A stretch of DNA of 64,000 nt, taken from IMG/VR virus record IMGVR_UViG_3300033984_000416, positions 32,001 to 96,000 of that record; one strand, 5' to 3'. The translations under genes and the position numbers were made by a program. This stretch comes from a virus. This document shows positions 1 through 12,100 of this stretch, piece by piece. The stretch's first letter is position 1. Every line of letters starts with the position of its first letter. The notes under the pieces are model-generated. The model ran no database searches. It was not told the DNA's origin and saw only the letters and a list, made by a program, of their open reading frames with translations.

Positions 1-1865
1 TTGTCAAGCATATAACACCAAACATCGTGTTCAACACCTTTTGCTATGTTTATGTCCAAATCAATCTCTTTTGTATTGATAATTAATCTTTCATCGTTAA
101 CATCGTAATCTGTTTGACGGATTGATTGGTTTCCTAAATTGTTACTAACATCAAATTCTCTGTTTACGAAATAATCATTGTTTAACCAAGATTTCTTATT
201 ATCTACTACTCTATCTAAGTTAAAACCTGGAGATTGTGTTAAATAAATGTCATGTCTATCTACATCGGTACAAATTTTTTCCAATGAAATCATATCAACC
301 AATACGCAGAAATCACCACATGAACTATTGATGTTTAAACTTATTTTAATTTTTTTATTTGCAAATTTAGCTATTGCAACTGGGTCGGTAATATACGTAG
401 TATAATGTAACCAGTTAGACGCTAATATAGTCGATGCTAAGCTAGCGTTAAAATCACTTTGTGAAACACCAGCTTCATTAAATAATTCACTAATAAAAGC
501 GTCCTTAGCGTTAAGACAGGAATTTACATTTATGTTATGTTCTGGAATTATAGTTTGTACACCATTTTGAGTTAATTCTGGATAGATTAGTGGTGTACAG
601 TCATTAGCCCATGTTTCAGTTGCATTGGCGGCACCACAAACAAAGAAACCGCTGCTAGTTCCAGCTGTTGTTAAATAATCATATAAACCACCAGTTCCAA
701 TAGCTTGGTGTAATGTATAACCAGAAACACTTTCTAACGTACCATCATCTTTAACTACATCCAAGGACATAGAAACATCAAAGCTTTCAAATAAATCTAC
801 GGCTGTTTTACACTTGCTATAACCTACGTTAGCTATGGCGTTTAACGCTGTTAAAGCATCTTGTAGTTTTTGCAATTCAACAGTACATTCTGTTTGTATT
901 GTTACCAATTCACCTATTTCATTAAATAATTGTGTTTTAGTACCAAAAGGTGTTGTACATTCATTGATGTAAACATTTGTATCATTATTATTTAATATAT
1001 CTAAATTTTCATTATAAATTTTGATAACTTGCTCACATGTATATGAATTTGGGTCACCATTGATAAATGCATTATAATTGTTATCACCTAAAATGGTTTG
1101 CCATGCTGTTAAACCCTCAGTTGTAAGACAAAACGTAACTTTAGTTTTTGGGTTTGGGTAAGAAAATGGTGCCAATCCACCACCAAACCCAGTGTTTTTA
1201 AACGGACTTTTTTGTTTAGGTGTAATTACTATTGGTATTTCGGCTTGAATCGCAGAAATATCTAGGAATGAATTCAATGGAAATTTATCACATGTCATTG
1301 AATAACTTGTGTTGTTATATTCGTTTAAAATAATATTTAACTTACCAGTTATAGCTTCGCATTTAACTGTTTGTATTTGGATTTGATTTTCTAATTCTTT
1401 TATTTGTTTTACCAAATTAGGGTCAATAGCTGTTGGTACCAATAAATCAGAAAGTGTTTTACAATCAATCTTAAATAAATAATCAAAATCAATTTTTAAT
1501 GTACATATTTCATTGTTTTCAAAATAAAATATAGTACCATCATTACCTTTAGGGTTTAAAACTATTTTAATTGGTTTATCTTCTTTACAATCAGTAGCGA
1601 CTTTATTAGACCATCTACATTTTTGAGAATCTAAATCATAAAACCATGGTTCACTACTTATTTGGGCAAATAATTTACAGCATGTACTAGTAATTGGTGT
1701 TGGGCTAACAATACCATTTGCATTTTTAATATAAACCGATAATGTACCATCAGCATTTTTAATCAACCCATTTTCATTTTGAATTATCGACCAAAATTTT
1801 TTACATTGACTATTTGCCGCATTAATATCGAACCCTTTTGTTTCACCCTTTATTCCGTTTGCCAT
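1..1865 (-). CDS. Large Cys-rich virion structural protein, partial (runs off the window start; at least 621 aa)
   Basis: Not in the ORF track because it is truncated. Translated by hand from ATG at 1865: MANGIKGETKGFDINAANSQCKKFWS...VEHDVWCYMLD; frame consistent at both ends. ATATTTAT motif 13 nt upstream; follows the baseplate gene cluster. Confidence 0.8.
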   Translation of the reverse strand, partial: MANGIKGETKGFDINAANSQCKKFWSIIQNENGLIKNADGTLSVYIKNANGIVSPTPITSTCCKLFAQISSEPWFYDLDSQKCRWSNKVATDCKEDKPIKIVLNPKGNDGTIFYFENNEICTLKIDFDYLFKIDCKTLSDLLVPTAIDPNLVKQIKELENQIQIQTVKCEAITGKLNIILNEYNNTSYSMTCDKFPLNSFLDISAIQAEIPIVITPKQKSPFKNTGFGGGLAPFSYPNPKTKVTFCLTTEGLTAWQTILGDNNYNAFINGDPNSYTCEQVIKIYNENLDILNNNDTNVYINECTTPFGTKTQLFNEIGELVTIQTECTVELQKLQDALTALNAIANVGYSKCKTAVDLFESFDVSMSLDVVKDDGTLESVSGYTLHQAIGTGGLYDYLTTAGTSSGFFVCGAANATETWANDCTPLIYPELTQNGVQTIIPEHNINVNSCLNAKDAFISELFNEAGVSQSDFNASLASTILASNWLHYTTYITDPVAIAKFANKKIKISLNINSSCGDFCVLVDMISLEKICTDVDRHDIYLTQSPGFNLDRVVDNKKSWLNNDYFVNREFDVSNNLGNQSIRQTDYDVNDERLIINTKEIDLDINIAKGVEHDVWCYMLD

Positions 1866-1933
1866 TTTATTTTTTTATATAAATATCTTTTTTAATTTTT
1901 TATTAAGTTATACCTTGATTGGTACATTTGTAG

Positions 1934-4609
1934 TTAACCTATAGCTTCTGCGTATTTTACATAAACTTCTCTAGTAAATGAACAACAGGTATAACCTATA
2001 ATACCACCATTGGCTTTTAGTTGGAAATAATTAATCATAGTTTGAAATTCGTTTGGTACTAGACCAAAAGTTGTAATTTTACAACCAAAACCAACTTCAC
2101 CAGTATATGGGTCAGTAATCCCACCTATAGCTTCAGTCCATACTGGTGGACAATTTGAACCATCAGTTGTTACCACTTTATTAATACCAGAACCATATAA
2201 TGTTGTAAAATCACAATAAGGGCTAGGATTAGGTGTATTTAAAGGTAACATTACTGGTTTATCTTTTAAAATCCAATTACACGATATCTCACACCCACAT
2301 TTATTTGTAAAACAACACACATAACCACTATTAACAACGTTTGTCCTAGGGTCATATACATCATAATAACTTGATTGTCCACGTAATGAAGCACAACACT
2401 CTTTATCTATAAATGGTCCAGTTAATAGAACTGGAACACCATTTACACTAAATAATGAACCATCTGGGTTGTATTGATATTGTGAAAATATATAATATCC
2501 ATGTTCTTTATCTTCTTTTACTGTATCACCTAATGTAGCACAAACTTTAGTTGGTGTTCCTTCAACTCTTTTAACACAAACGCTTAACACATCATCTTCA
2601 ACACCACATGGGCAGCCACAAGCCGATAGAACGTCTTTTGGCATATCATCTTTAGCGATGCTAGATGTTACAACAACACAGTTACTTAATTCACTTCCAT
2701 CAGTATTTGTTACTTCAACATAAGTAGCACCAGTATAGTCAGTTATCATACCTAAGTTGTAATTTGTAAATAGATTTGTAGCTCCAGTTACAATTGTTTC
2801 ACCAGTAATTGTTACGGCTGAAAAGTTAGGTATAAGTGTTTTGAATTGATTCATATATTTTGACCCACCATCATATGGTCCTACGTGAGGATTGTTACCA
2901 GTAAGGATGTCAACAACAGAGTTAGCACCACCAGTTTCTCTATACCATAAACCATCGTTTTGGAAATACATATCTGGATTGTCTGGGAAAACTCTAGGGT
3001 AACCATCGTCATCAATAGGGTATATCGTTAAATCGACATCTAAATTATTTAATTCTAAAGCCTTAATAAACAAATCTATATCGATTGGTGCGTCAACTCT
3101 ATAAATATACTCGTTGAAGGTGACCAATCCTTGTGGTGTTCCGATAAATCTAAGTAAAAACTCAATTGATTTTCTAGCACCTTTTGATTTCCAAATCCAA
3201 GGGGAATTTAGAATAAGTCTTCTCCATAATTCAATATCGGCTTCAACTGGTGTTAACCCAACACTTTGACCAGCATATGGTGATTTACCAGTTTTAATAT
3301 AGTTAGACAAAAGGTCGTTTTCCATTACGGAAGAAATAATATCCCAACCCAATACCTTGGCCAAATCTTTTAAATAGATATCTGGCATGTTGTCTAGCTT
3401 ATCATATGTAACTGTATGTGCAAACGCAATACCAACAATAAAATTATTGAAATCATCAAATGACCTACCGTATATTGTAAGTGTTTTGTTTACTTTTTGA
3501 CCAGAACTATCCATGTGCTCATCAGCTAAATGTACTGGCATGGTATCAAAAGAAGTTATTGATTCTGAAACCAAAAACCTATTCATCAAGTCACTAGAGT
3601 ATAAATCGTTGTTTGCTGCAATATCAAATAAATCTGTTGCATATGAAATGTATTGTCCGCTATCAAAATCAATGTTATAACCATCAGAAGTTGGCCATGT
3701 GATTGTTTTGGATATGTATAATATTATTCCGCTATCAGATTTTATTGGGAAGTTAAATTTAGCTGTGTAAAGCGGATAAGAACTTCTATTTAATAAATAA
3801 TATTCAAATTCTGGTAATTCATTAAAGAATTCTTCTTCGTATGTTTTATTCGGTTTAATATGATAAAGTATTGTAGATGGTTGTCCAGAAAATACATCAC
3901 CTTGTACATCAAAATATATGTAATCACTAGTCAAATAAGTTGAACCTGTGAAATTTAACACTGGATACTCTACGTTATTCAATAAAATTGAATATGCTGC
4001 GTAATTAATTGTCATATTTCTTAAATCATTTGTTTCATTGAATGTATCAGCGATTGTACCGTTTGTTAAATAATTTATACCAAATTTATTTTCAATAAAT
4101 GATGTGTTTATTTTAAAACTTGAAACATTGTTTATTGAATCGTATGAATATCCTTCATATGTTAAACCATTAATCATTTGACCAGTGCTAGACATAGAAA
4201 TTGGTCTAATATACAGTGATGCTGGCCATTTTGTTATTATATCTTCTAAAGATACTCTAACAAATTCAGTCAAAGAACCGAATAATGCATAGTATTTTAA
4301 CTTGGTTTTATCCAAGTTAAGAAGTACCCCAGCATTGTCGGTTAATAACTTTTTAGTTTGTTCAAATGTTAAATTTAAACTATCTAAAGATATAAAGTCT
4401 GAAAACCTACTAGTAACATACGTTTTATCAGTTTTAGGTTCCATATTGGTAGTAATAGAAAAATTACCCATTGTAAACAAAGGGGTACCGCCATCACTAG
4501 CTAATTGTACACCAACTAAGTCTGGACTAAACGGTCTATATTCTATCTTGCCATTGTAAACTTCTTTTTTAGTATACCCAGCAACTACTCTAACTTTATT
4601 ATTACTCAT
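1934..4609 (-). CDS. Baseplate wedge-like protein (P2 gpI / T4 gp7-like motif) with Cys-rich C-terminal domain
   Basis: WRRLILNSPWIWKSKGARKSIEFLLRFIG resembles the KG-x-x-x-(A/S)I motif of gpI/gp7-type wedge proteins; lies in the baseplate cluster. Confidence 0.6.
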   Translation of the reverse strand: MSNNKVRVVAGYTKKEVYNGKIEYRPFSPDLVGVQLASDGGTPLFTMGNFSITTNMEPKTDKTYVTSRFSDFISLDSLNLTFEQTKKLLTDNAGVLLNLDKTKLKYYALFGSLTEFVRVSLEDIITKWPASLYIRPISMSSTGQMINGLTYEGYSYDSINNVSSFKINTSFIENKFGINYLTNGTIADTFNETNDLRNMTINYAAYSILLNNVEYPVLNFTGSTYLTSDYIYFDVQGDVFSGQPSTILYHIKPNKTYEEEFFNELPEFEYYLLNRSSYPLYTAKFNFPIKSDSGIILYISKTITWPTSDGYNIDFDSGQYISYATDLFDIAANNDLYSSDLMNRFLVSESITSFDTMPVHLADEHMDSSGQKVNKTLTIYGRSFDDFNNFIVGIAFAHTVTYDKLDNMPDIYLKDLAKVLGWDIISSVMENDLLSNYIKTGKSPYAGQSVGLTPVEADIELWRRLILNSPWIWKSKGARKSIEFLLRFIGTPQGLVTFNEYIYRVDAPIDIDLFIKALELNNLDVDLTIYPIDDDGYPRVFPDNPDMYFQNDGLWYRETGGANSVVDILTGNNPHVGPYDGGSKYMNQFKTLIPNFSAVTITGETIVTGATNLFTNYNLGMITDYTGATYVEVTNTDGSELSNCVVVTSSIAKDDMPKDVLSACGCPCGVEDDVLSVCVKRVEGTPTKVCATLGDTVKEDKEHGYYIFSQYQYNPDGSLFSVNGVPVLLTGPFIDKECCASLRGQSSYYDVYDPRTNVVNSGYVCCFTNKCGCEISCNWILKDKPVMLPLNTPNPSPYCDFTTLYGSGINKVVTTDGSNCPPVWTEAIGGITDPYTGEVGFGCKITTFGLVPNEFQTMINYFQLKANGGIIGYTCCSFTREVYVKYAEAIG

Positions 4610-4618
4610 TTTTTATAG

Positions 4619-5533
4619 TTATATCGTTGTTATATTGGTAAACGTTTTAGTAAAATCAATACTAGCTTTTTCTTCTCTAACTTCAAATAATGGTTTGTCA
4701 GTATACTTGTCTTTGATTTCGTATAAGTTGTATTGTTTGTAAATATCGTTATTGAAGTTGTAGATAGTGTAAATACCATCTTCAAGTGATTTAGTTTGAT
4801 TACCAAACAACGCAAAAGCAAGCGTTTCAACATCATGTTGAACCATTTCTACTTCGAGCATGATTGGGTTAAAGTAAGTATTCGTAATAATTACTTCTTG
4901 ATTTGGTTGACCGATAAATGGTAGTGCATTAGGTTTTACATTAGAAGCACTCGCTGGTGAAACTGTACAATAAGTTAGTGTTGAATTGTCATTAAATCTA
5001 TAACGAATCGCTTTTTGATTAGAATTTGTAAGATTTTGATTAACTGGTTCAGCTCTATTATTTGATGTTATGACTCTAAAAAAATTATGTAATTTAGGGT
5101 CAGATGTTCCGCTAGGATTTGGGTTTAAATACTCAATTCTGTAACCTACCAAACCATCATTCTCAAATTTACTTAAATATTTTGCGTCTATAGTTGATAA
5201 GTCAAATATTACACCTTTAATATCTGGAAAAGCCGACAAAACACCAACGTCAACAATCCTTGTTCTAATTTCGGCTGGTTTAATCATGATAGTATAAAAA
5301 CCTTTGGTACCAAAGGTTGCTACTGGTAATTTTAGAGTGTATAACCCACCAAAAATCTCAAGACCACCCCCGTTTGGGTTTACCGTTTGTATCAAATATT
5401 GTGATGGTGGGTCTAACTTAATTAACCCTGTGCTACCTATACTATCTCTAGATGGTGTAAAATGATAGAAAATCTCTACGTCTTCTGGTGTTATATCTGC
5501 TGGTCTTACAATACCGTATGTTCCTGTTGCCAT
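4619..5533 (-). CDS. Putative virion structural protein (304 aa)
   Basis: Long ORF tightly packed in the structural operon; no catalytic motif recognised. Confidence 0.6.
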   Translation of the reverse strand: MATGTYGIVRPADITPEDVEIFYHFTPSRDSIGSTGLIKLDPPSQYLIQTVNPNGGGLEIFGGLYTLKLPVATFGTKGFYTIMIKPAEIRTRIVDVGVLSAFPDIKGVIFDLSTIDAKYLSKFENDGLVGYRIEYLNPNPSGTSDPKLHNFFRVITSNNRAEPVNQNLTNSNQKAIRYRFNDNSTLTYCTVSPASASNVKPNALPFIGQPNQEVIITNTYFNPIMLEVEMVQHDVETLAFALFGNQTKSLEDGIYTIYNFNNDIYKQYNLYEIKDKYTDKPLFEVREEKASIDFTKTFTNITTI

Positions 5534-5581
5534 AATTTGTTTTTTTATTTAATATAATCTTTTTTTTTGAAAAGTATAACT

Positions 5582-6478
5582 TTATTGTTTATTTATATTG
5601 TAACAACCGTTACCATATCTACTTAGTTCACCTAAATTCTTTATTTCCGACATTCTTAAGTGTAAATCCAATACTGTTGTCACACCTCTATCAATAAATA
5701 CATCGCTTTCAACTTCTGGTGGAGAAATAATTCCAAATAAATATTCTTCTTTGGTTAATGCTGATAATGATACGTTTGTAGCGTTCAAACCTTCACCTAT
5801 AAACCTAAAGGTTGTCAAAGGAATTGTTTGTTTTATCTCGTCAATAACTACTTCTCTAGTTTTACCTGTGTAGTCTAAATATTGTAATCCGTATATTTGA
5901 TTATTCGTACCTAAATTAACATCATCTTTAGTGTCAAACACATAAATTCTAGGTTCAACAGATGTAATTATCTTATCAACCCCAACAAATCCATATGAAA
6001 CATAATTTTCATAGTATTGTTCAGACGTATTAAAATTAAACCTAAATGGATTACCTAAAGCATAAGACCTTACATCTTCAATTTTACTATCAGTTGCACC
6101 AGTAATAGGAAAATTACCAAAAGCATGGTAACTAGTACCAGTTAATCCTGGTAATCTTAACGTATATTTCGTGACAGGTGTAATGCTGGCAAATGGAAGA
6201 TATGGAACCGTAGGTGAACCATTCATAAATGTAAAACCAGAAAATGTATTACCTAAAGCATTTAATTTAGTTATTAATGGACTATAATTAACGGTTGCGT
6301 TTGTTGCTTTTGGAACATAATTTAAATCGGTAAATAACCCCATATCGTCTATATTTTGTGTTAACAAAACATTTACATAGAAACTAGTTCCACTAGGAAC
6401 TTCACCCCATAGTTTAATATCGGTAGTTTTTCTATCGGCACTGTCTTCTAATAATATTTTTCTTTTAATTACTTCCAT
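5582..6478 (-). CDS. Putative virion structural protein (298 aa)
   Basis: ORF in the structural operon; start overlaps the stop of the upstream gene. Confidence 0.6.
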   Translation of the reverse strand: MEVIKRKILLEDSADRKTTDIKLWGEVPSGTSFYVNVLLTQNIDDMGLFTDLNYVPKATNATVNYSPLITKLNALGNTFSGFTFMNGSPTVPYLPFASITPVTKYTLRLPGLTGTSYHAFGNFPITGATDSKIEDVRSYALGNPFRFNFNTSEQYYENYVSYGFVGVDKIITSVEPRIYVFDTKDDVNLGTNNQIYGLQYLDYTGKTREVVIDEIKQTIPLTTFRFIGEGLNATNVSLSALTKEEYLFGIISPPEVESDVFIDRGVTTVLDLHLRMSEIKNLGELSRYGNGCYNINKQ

Positions 6479-7347
6479 TATGTTGATTTTATTTGATATA
6501 GTTTTACGACAGCTGTATTTGAAGCACTTGAAACATTATTAGGTCCAGTGATTACATTTCCAAGTGGTCCCACATTTCCTTGATATTGCTCATCAATTTG
6601 ATAGAAATACCCTGTTGTTGTTCTTAGTAATTTATACCTAGTGTATAATTCATGGACCAATTTATCAATTGATTGTGCTGTATTCTTTACCATTAAATTT
6701 ACATTTCTACCCGTTTTAGCATTTTTAAAACTAGCTCTCATATATAAATACTTAGATTCATCAATTTTTAACTCATCTTTGTAGTCATACAAATGAAATC
6801 CTTCAGCAAACCCTCTAGGGTTTAGGATAGGATTTTCAACTATAAAATTTACTGGAATTTCAACTGCTGGTTTTGGTTGACCTGGTATTCCATTGGTAAC
6901 GTTTATAGATAAAAAATCGTTGCTATTCAAATTAGAGTATAACGTTAAATAAGATACCAATTTTTGCGTCAAAGGATTATCACTATCATAAAAATTTAAC
7001 GTAAGACTAGTCTCTAAAAAACTATTTTTTCTAAATTTAATATCATCATCTAAAAAACCAACGTCACCATAAAAATCAACATATGTTCCACTAGTGTTGA
7101 ATAGTTTTATATCGTAAATTATTTTATCAATATTAACACCTAACATATCTAACGGTAAAAATCTTACCCTATCATTATCAACAATTGGATTTATAGAAGC
7201 CTCAACTTCTGTATCAACGAAAACACGCTCAATCAATTCAGCTTGGTCTACATTTTGGAAGTCCATACTAACTGGAAATGTGATAGTAGTAGCTGTTGCA
7301 CCGCTACTAAATGTTGATAGGTTTATTTTAAAATTATTAACAAACAT
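6478..7347 (-). CDS. Putative virion structural protein (289 aa)
   Basis: ORF coupled to both neighbours by short overlaps. Confidence 0.6.
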   Translation of the reverse strand: MFVNNFKINLSTFSSGATATTITFPVSMDFQNVDQAELIERVFVDTEVEASINPIVDNDRVRFLPLDMLGVNIDKIIYDIKLFNTSGTYVDFYGDVGFLDDDIKFRKNSFLETSLTLNFYDSDNPLTQKLVSYLTLYSNLNSNDFLSINVTNGIPGQPKPAVEIPVNFIVENPILNPRGFAEGFHLYDYKDELKIDESKYLYMRASFKNAKTGRNVNLMVKNTAQSIDKLVHELYTRYKLLRTTTGYFYQIDEQYQGNVGPLGNVITGPNNVSSASNTAVVKLYQIKST

Positions 7348-9154
7348 CTGAGTCTACTGAATTAACTATGAATTTATCCGTTATACGGTCACCTACTGGG
7401 TCAGATGGGAAGTCTCCATAATATAACCCCCATACGGCAAATTGGTCTTGTCTTCTAACATGAAAACAATAATTTTGATACATGTAATGTGCTCCATTTA
7501 AAAATGGATAATTTAATGGTTTTTCATCTGTTTCATTAAAACCTATATCTATTAAATCACGCCATAAATATCTATCATCACCCAAATTTATAGCATAGCT
7601 AGGTGTATCGACTGTATTGATATCACCTTCTTCAATGTAATTTGAAAATCTTCTAATTTCTATTCTATGGTGTGGTTGATAAAAATACCCTTCATGTCTT
7701 GGGCCTAAATCTGTTACCTTGGTCTCTGGTTGTGTTGCGTTTAATACTACGTTGCTTATATATGTAAACCCAGGTGCTTGTATTTCTCTGTTTTTAGTGT
7801 TAAACCTGTGGGAAACGCTAGCTAGTGTTGTTTCTTTTAGTTCGCTAATACTATATTCAACCAAATCACCATAAAAATCATTATTACCAACCAAAACGTT
7901 TGTTTCTAATGCGTTATGTGATGGAAAAGGTTGTGGGAAAGGTGATGTTCCACCATTATGAATTTTATTTATACAAGGTATGTCTTTCAAGTACGTATTT
8001 ATATCGCTAGAGTTTAGTCTAGCAATATATGGTGTTTCTATTCCAGAAGAAATATTTGTAAATAACCCGTTACTATCAGTTTTTATCATACTAACATAAA
8101 TCTCACTCAATGGTCGACCTAAATTATCGATTAAATCTGTAACATCAATATCCTCGTTAAAAACAAATTGCACAATCTGGTCATTAAAAAAATTCTCACT
8201 AAAACCAGCTTGATATGTTTCATAATCATCAGTTTCTATCACTGCTGTCATTCTTGTTTTTATTTTTTTAAATTTTCTGAAATAATATTCTGTTTCAAAA
8301 CCACTTACTATTTTTTTCATTCTAGAATTGTTACCAACTGGCCCTAAATTTGTGGAATCAATAACAAAATAATAATCTTTTAAATCACCATTATCTAACC
8401 CTGTTCTAATAACAGTGTGGTCACCGTCATAAACTGTTGTACCAACAATTCTAACAGTATCACCAACAACCAAATTATGTAAACATGGCATGCCAAATGC
8501 CACCATATTTCTAGTTGCAACTACTACATTAACCACTTCAACTATTAACAAACCACTACCGTTTGTTGTGTCATAAACCATACCATGTGTTTTATCCGAG
8601 AAATATGGGTATGTTATTGTTATCTCCCAATTTTTTACTGGTTGTTGACCCGTAGAACCATGAAACGGTTTTGTATCTGGTAAAAAAGAAAATCTTTGTC
8701 TTTTAGGTTCCATATCAAAATAATTACACAGCGATGATGCTGTTATGTTTGGGTCATAATATCCAAACCAACCATCTTTTTCTTTAAGGTATTTGTTGAT
8801 ACCTTGTCTATAAGTCAAATCACCATCATCTAATACATCACCATCTTGGGGATACGAAGAATCTAAAAAGTCATACGAATTAAACCCAGCCCATGTATAT
8901 TTGTCAAATAATAAAGAATCGTTTAGATTAAACAATGTATTACTAACCAATGGATTTATAGTTCCAATTATTCTATAGAATTTACAACGTTGTCTTTCTG
9001 TGTTAAATCTTTCCGCAACGTTAACTATTTTATTAATTTCATTTGTAGGTAATAATCGCTCACTACTCTCAACATTAATTTTAACTAACGTATCGGTATT
9101 AACTGATTTCTTTGATTTTTCACTATTTAATCTTTGTTGTATTCTATCTGACAT
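7337..9154 (-). CDS. Putative baseplate-associated structural protein (605 aa)
   Basis: Long ORF rich in aromatic and beta-forming residues, in the baseplate cluster. Confidence 0.55.
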   Translation of the reverse strand: MSDRIQQRLNSEKSKKSVNTDTLVKINVESSERLLPTNEINKIVNVAERFNTERQRCKFYRIIGTINPLVSNTLFNLNDSLLFDKYTWAGFNSYDFLDSSYPQDGDVLDDGDLTYRQGINKYLKEKDGWFGYYDPNITASSLCNYFDMEPKRQRFSFLPDTKPFHGSTGQQPVKNWEITITYPYFSDKTHGMVYDTTNGSGLLIVEVVNVVVATRNMVAFGMPCLHNLVVGDTVRIVGTTVYDGDHTVIRTGLDNGDLKDYYFVIDSTNLGPVGNNSRMKKIVSGFETEYYFRKFKKIKTRMTAVIETDDYETYQAGFSENFFNDQIVQFVFNEDIDVTDLIDNLGRPLSEIYVSMIKTDSNGLFTNISSGIETPYIARLNSSDINTYLKDIPCINKIHNGGTSPFPQPFPSHNALETNVLVGNNDFYGDLVEYSISELKETTLASVSHRFNTKNREIQAPGFTYISNVVLNATQPETKVTDLGPRHEGYFYQPHHRIEIRRFSNYIEEGDINTVDTPSYAINLGDDRYLWRDLIDIGFNETDEKPLNYPFLNGAHYMYQNYCFHVRRQDQFAVWGLYYGDFPSDPVGDRITDKFIVNSVDSDVC

Positions 9155-9171
9155 ATTTTTATTTTTTTATT

Positions 9172-12100
9172 TTATACTATAATTTTACAACCAGTACTAT
9201 CAGTTACTACAGTAGTAATCACTTGAGTACTTGGTACTTCATATTGTGTTAACACAGTACCATCGTATACGTTATAAGGTGTTGACGAATAAGGTTGAAC
9301 CCCACCAAATACACTTAACCTCTTAATCACATTGGTAGATGGTGCTGGGGCTGGTATATTACCCCATTGACCTGTTAGTGTTGTAACTGGTAACACTATG
9401 TTTGGAATTGTTAAATTTGGATAAACAACTGGTAATGTTGGGTTTGGTGGTGGTAGTTGTGCTGGATTTGGATAACTAAAATAGACATACCCATCAATTA
9501 TATTGTATGGTTTTCTATAAGTAATTTCGATATATACTGAACATGAATAAGCTGGTGCACCACCAACTTGCGGCACTGTAAGTGTTACTGGTTTTAAGTT
9601 TTCTAGTAAAGTAAATTTAACCACAGTAGGGGTTGTTGTTGTTACACTTACAGTTCCAGCTTGATTCCAACCAGTTACCCATATGGTTGAGCGATAACCG
9701 TCAGCACCATTGTAACCACCTCTATAGTGAGTAGTATCATCTGTTGAATAGTTTTGCAAGTCATTAATATTAAAGCTAAAAGTAACTTGATTTGCTACAC
9801 ATTGTTTTGAATTATCAACACCATTAACGTTAATCCTTAAATCACCTTGTGGTAATATTATATCTGTTTTTTCATAAGTAATTTCGTTACTAAAACATGT
9901 ACCCATTGGGTTAGAAATACGAATAGTTATATTTTCACTTACACTCTCTGCTGGTACCAATAATATTAATGGTAATGTTGAGTTAACAAACGTAAGAGTT
10001 TGTGAAAGCCAAATCAGTTCACCAGTAGCATCTTCTGCATCATCAATATTATATTCTACACGTGTTGTTGGTGAATAACCACCATATGTTATATAAAATG
10101 GAAGGCGGTAATTGTTTGGGTCACCACCAGCTGCAATACTAGGATTAGCGTCTTGAACTTCAGTATCTGTAGGTTTAAGAATAACCATATAAGGGTTCAA
10201 TGATAATACCGTACTAACAACAGATATTGGTACACCGTTATTTGCATCTACAACACTACTAATATATGTAGCAGCAGAAAGACCAGTTATATTAGTCCCT
10301 TCTTCGTAAAAATTATTAGCACCAATAGTTGAAGCCGAGTATGGTGGTAGACCACCATTTATTGTAAGTAATATACCACCATTATCAGCACCAAAACATG
10401 TTAAATTAGTAGTTGTACTAACCACAGTCAATGCAGTTGGCCCAGTTACTAATAAATTAGTAACCGAAACTTGTGCACCAAGTGTATCGGTAACCGTTAA
10501 TGTATAACCATTAGTGTTAGGGTCGAACACGCTAATACCAATATCAATAGGTAAACCTGTAATGATTTGTGGTGTTGTTAAGTTAGTTATTGGTGGTGTA
10601 CCTGTTGGTGATACTACAATACCTTGACTATTAAATAATTGATATTCATATGTACCAGCACCATTACCACCACCAGCTGAACTAATAGTTATTTCACCAT
10701 TAGACGAAAGAAGGCTGGTACAATTCTCACTAACATAAGCATTTGCAAATAAAGGTCCTGGTGGTAAAATTTGAATTGTTTGCATTACAAAAGTACCATC
10801 TGAACTAGTGATTTCAATTGTGAAAGTTCCAACTGGTAAGCCAGTTATAATACCTTGACTAATACCGTTACTAGTGATAATCTGACCAGAATCTGTAAAA
10901 CCATCTGGTCCACTAATAATATAATTAAACGGACCAACACCAGCTGTAATTGTTACAGTTACGGTAGCCGTTAAATTTGAAGATGTAATTGGAATTATTG
11001 ATATCGATACATTAAATTCTACTACCGATTTTGGTATACATGTCGTAAAGAATTTTTGATTCAATTTATCTAAACCTGTTTTACCAGGAAGTATCCCAAA
11101 ATAAAAGAAATAAGAATGTTTTGGTTGTGAAAAGGCTGTAGCACCATTTGCTGCGTAACCTCTAAAATCAACATAGTCTTGACCGTTAGTGAACACAGTT
11201 GGTTTACATGGTGATGGTGTTGTACCACCACCAGCAAAATCGTAAACACCACAATCACCTAAGTTAAAGTTAGTTGTATATGGGTAATTTAATGTCCATG
11301 TATTGGCAGATATATTTAAGCCATAGAAAACATCTCTAAACCATTTTGGTCTATCACCATCATCTATATCTAAATCTGCTAACCCGATAATACCGTTAGC
11401 TGATGGTCCAAGTGGTGCTCTATTTTCATCTAACTCCACACCAAATTCACACTGATGTCTAATGTTAAGACATTGTCTATTATCAACGTGTAACCCCAAA
11501 CAATCTATATCAAAAAATATACCTATTGTTGAACCACCTATTCCGCATAAACCAGTTGTAAGCACAGTAGCTTGGTCATCAGCAACTTCTTGAATATCTG
11601 GGGCCATTTTGTATGTTGTTGGTATAAGGAATGGTTGTGTCTTTGGAACACCTTGCCAGTCACAACTAAAAACAGCACCTAAATTTATAATTTCAGTTGC
11701 AAATATTTTCTTTGAACCATCATGATTTGATGCCGCATAATAAAATTCAGAACCTATTTTTTTGATTAGACCTTCTCTTAATGATGATTTACGTGAATTA
11801 AATTGTGAATCTTTACCACCGCCATTATAACAAACGTCAACTAGGCTATTTGCTCTACACGCATTATCTGAATTACCGTCATTGTTTCCGTCTACACCAC
11901 CTTGGATTATCCCAAAGTCTGGTCCACAGTCATATTCACAAAATTTCTCAATTTTTTTTCTTTTTTTCTTATATTTTAACAAAAACCCATACAAAGAACC
12001 ATTAACCCAATCATTGTAGAAATCGAATTGAAATAAGTTCATAGATTTTGCCATTTCAAAAGCAATACAGTCATCTAAACCAACTAAACTAAAAATACCG

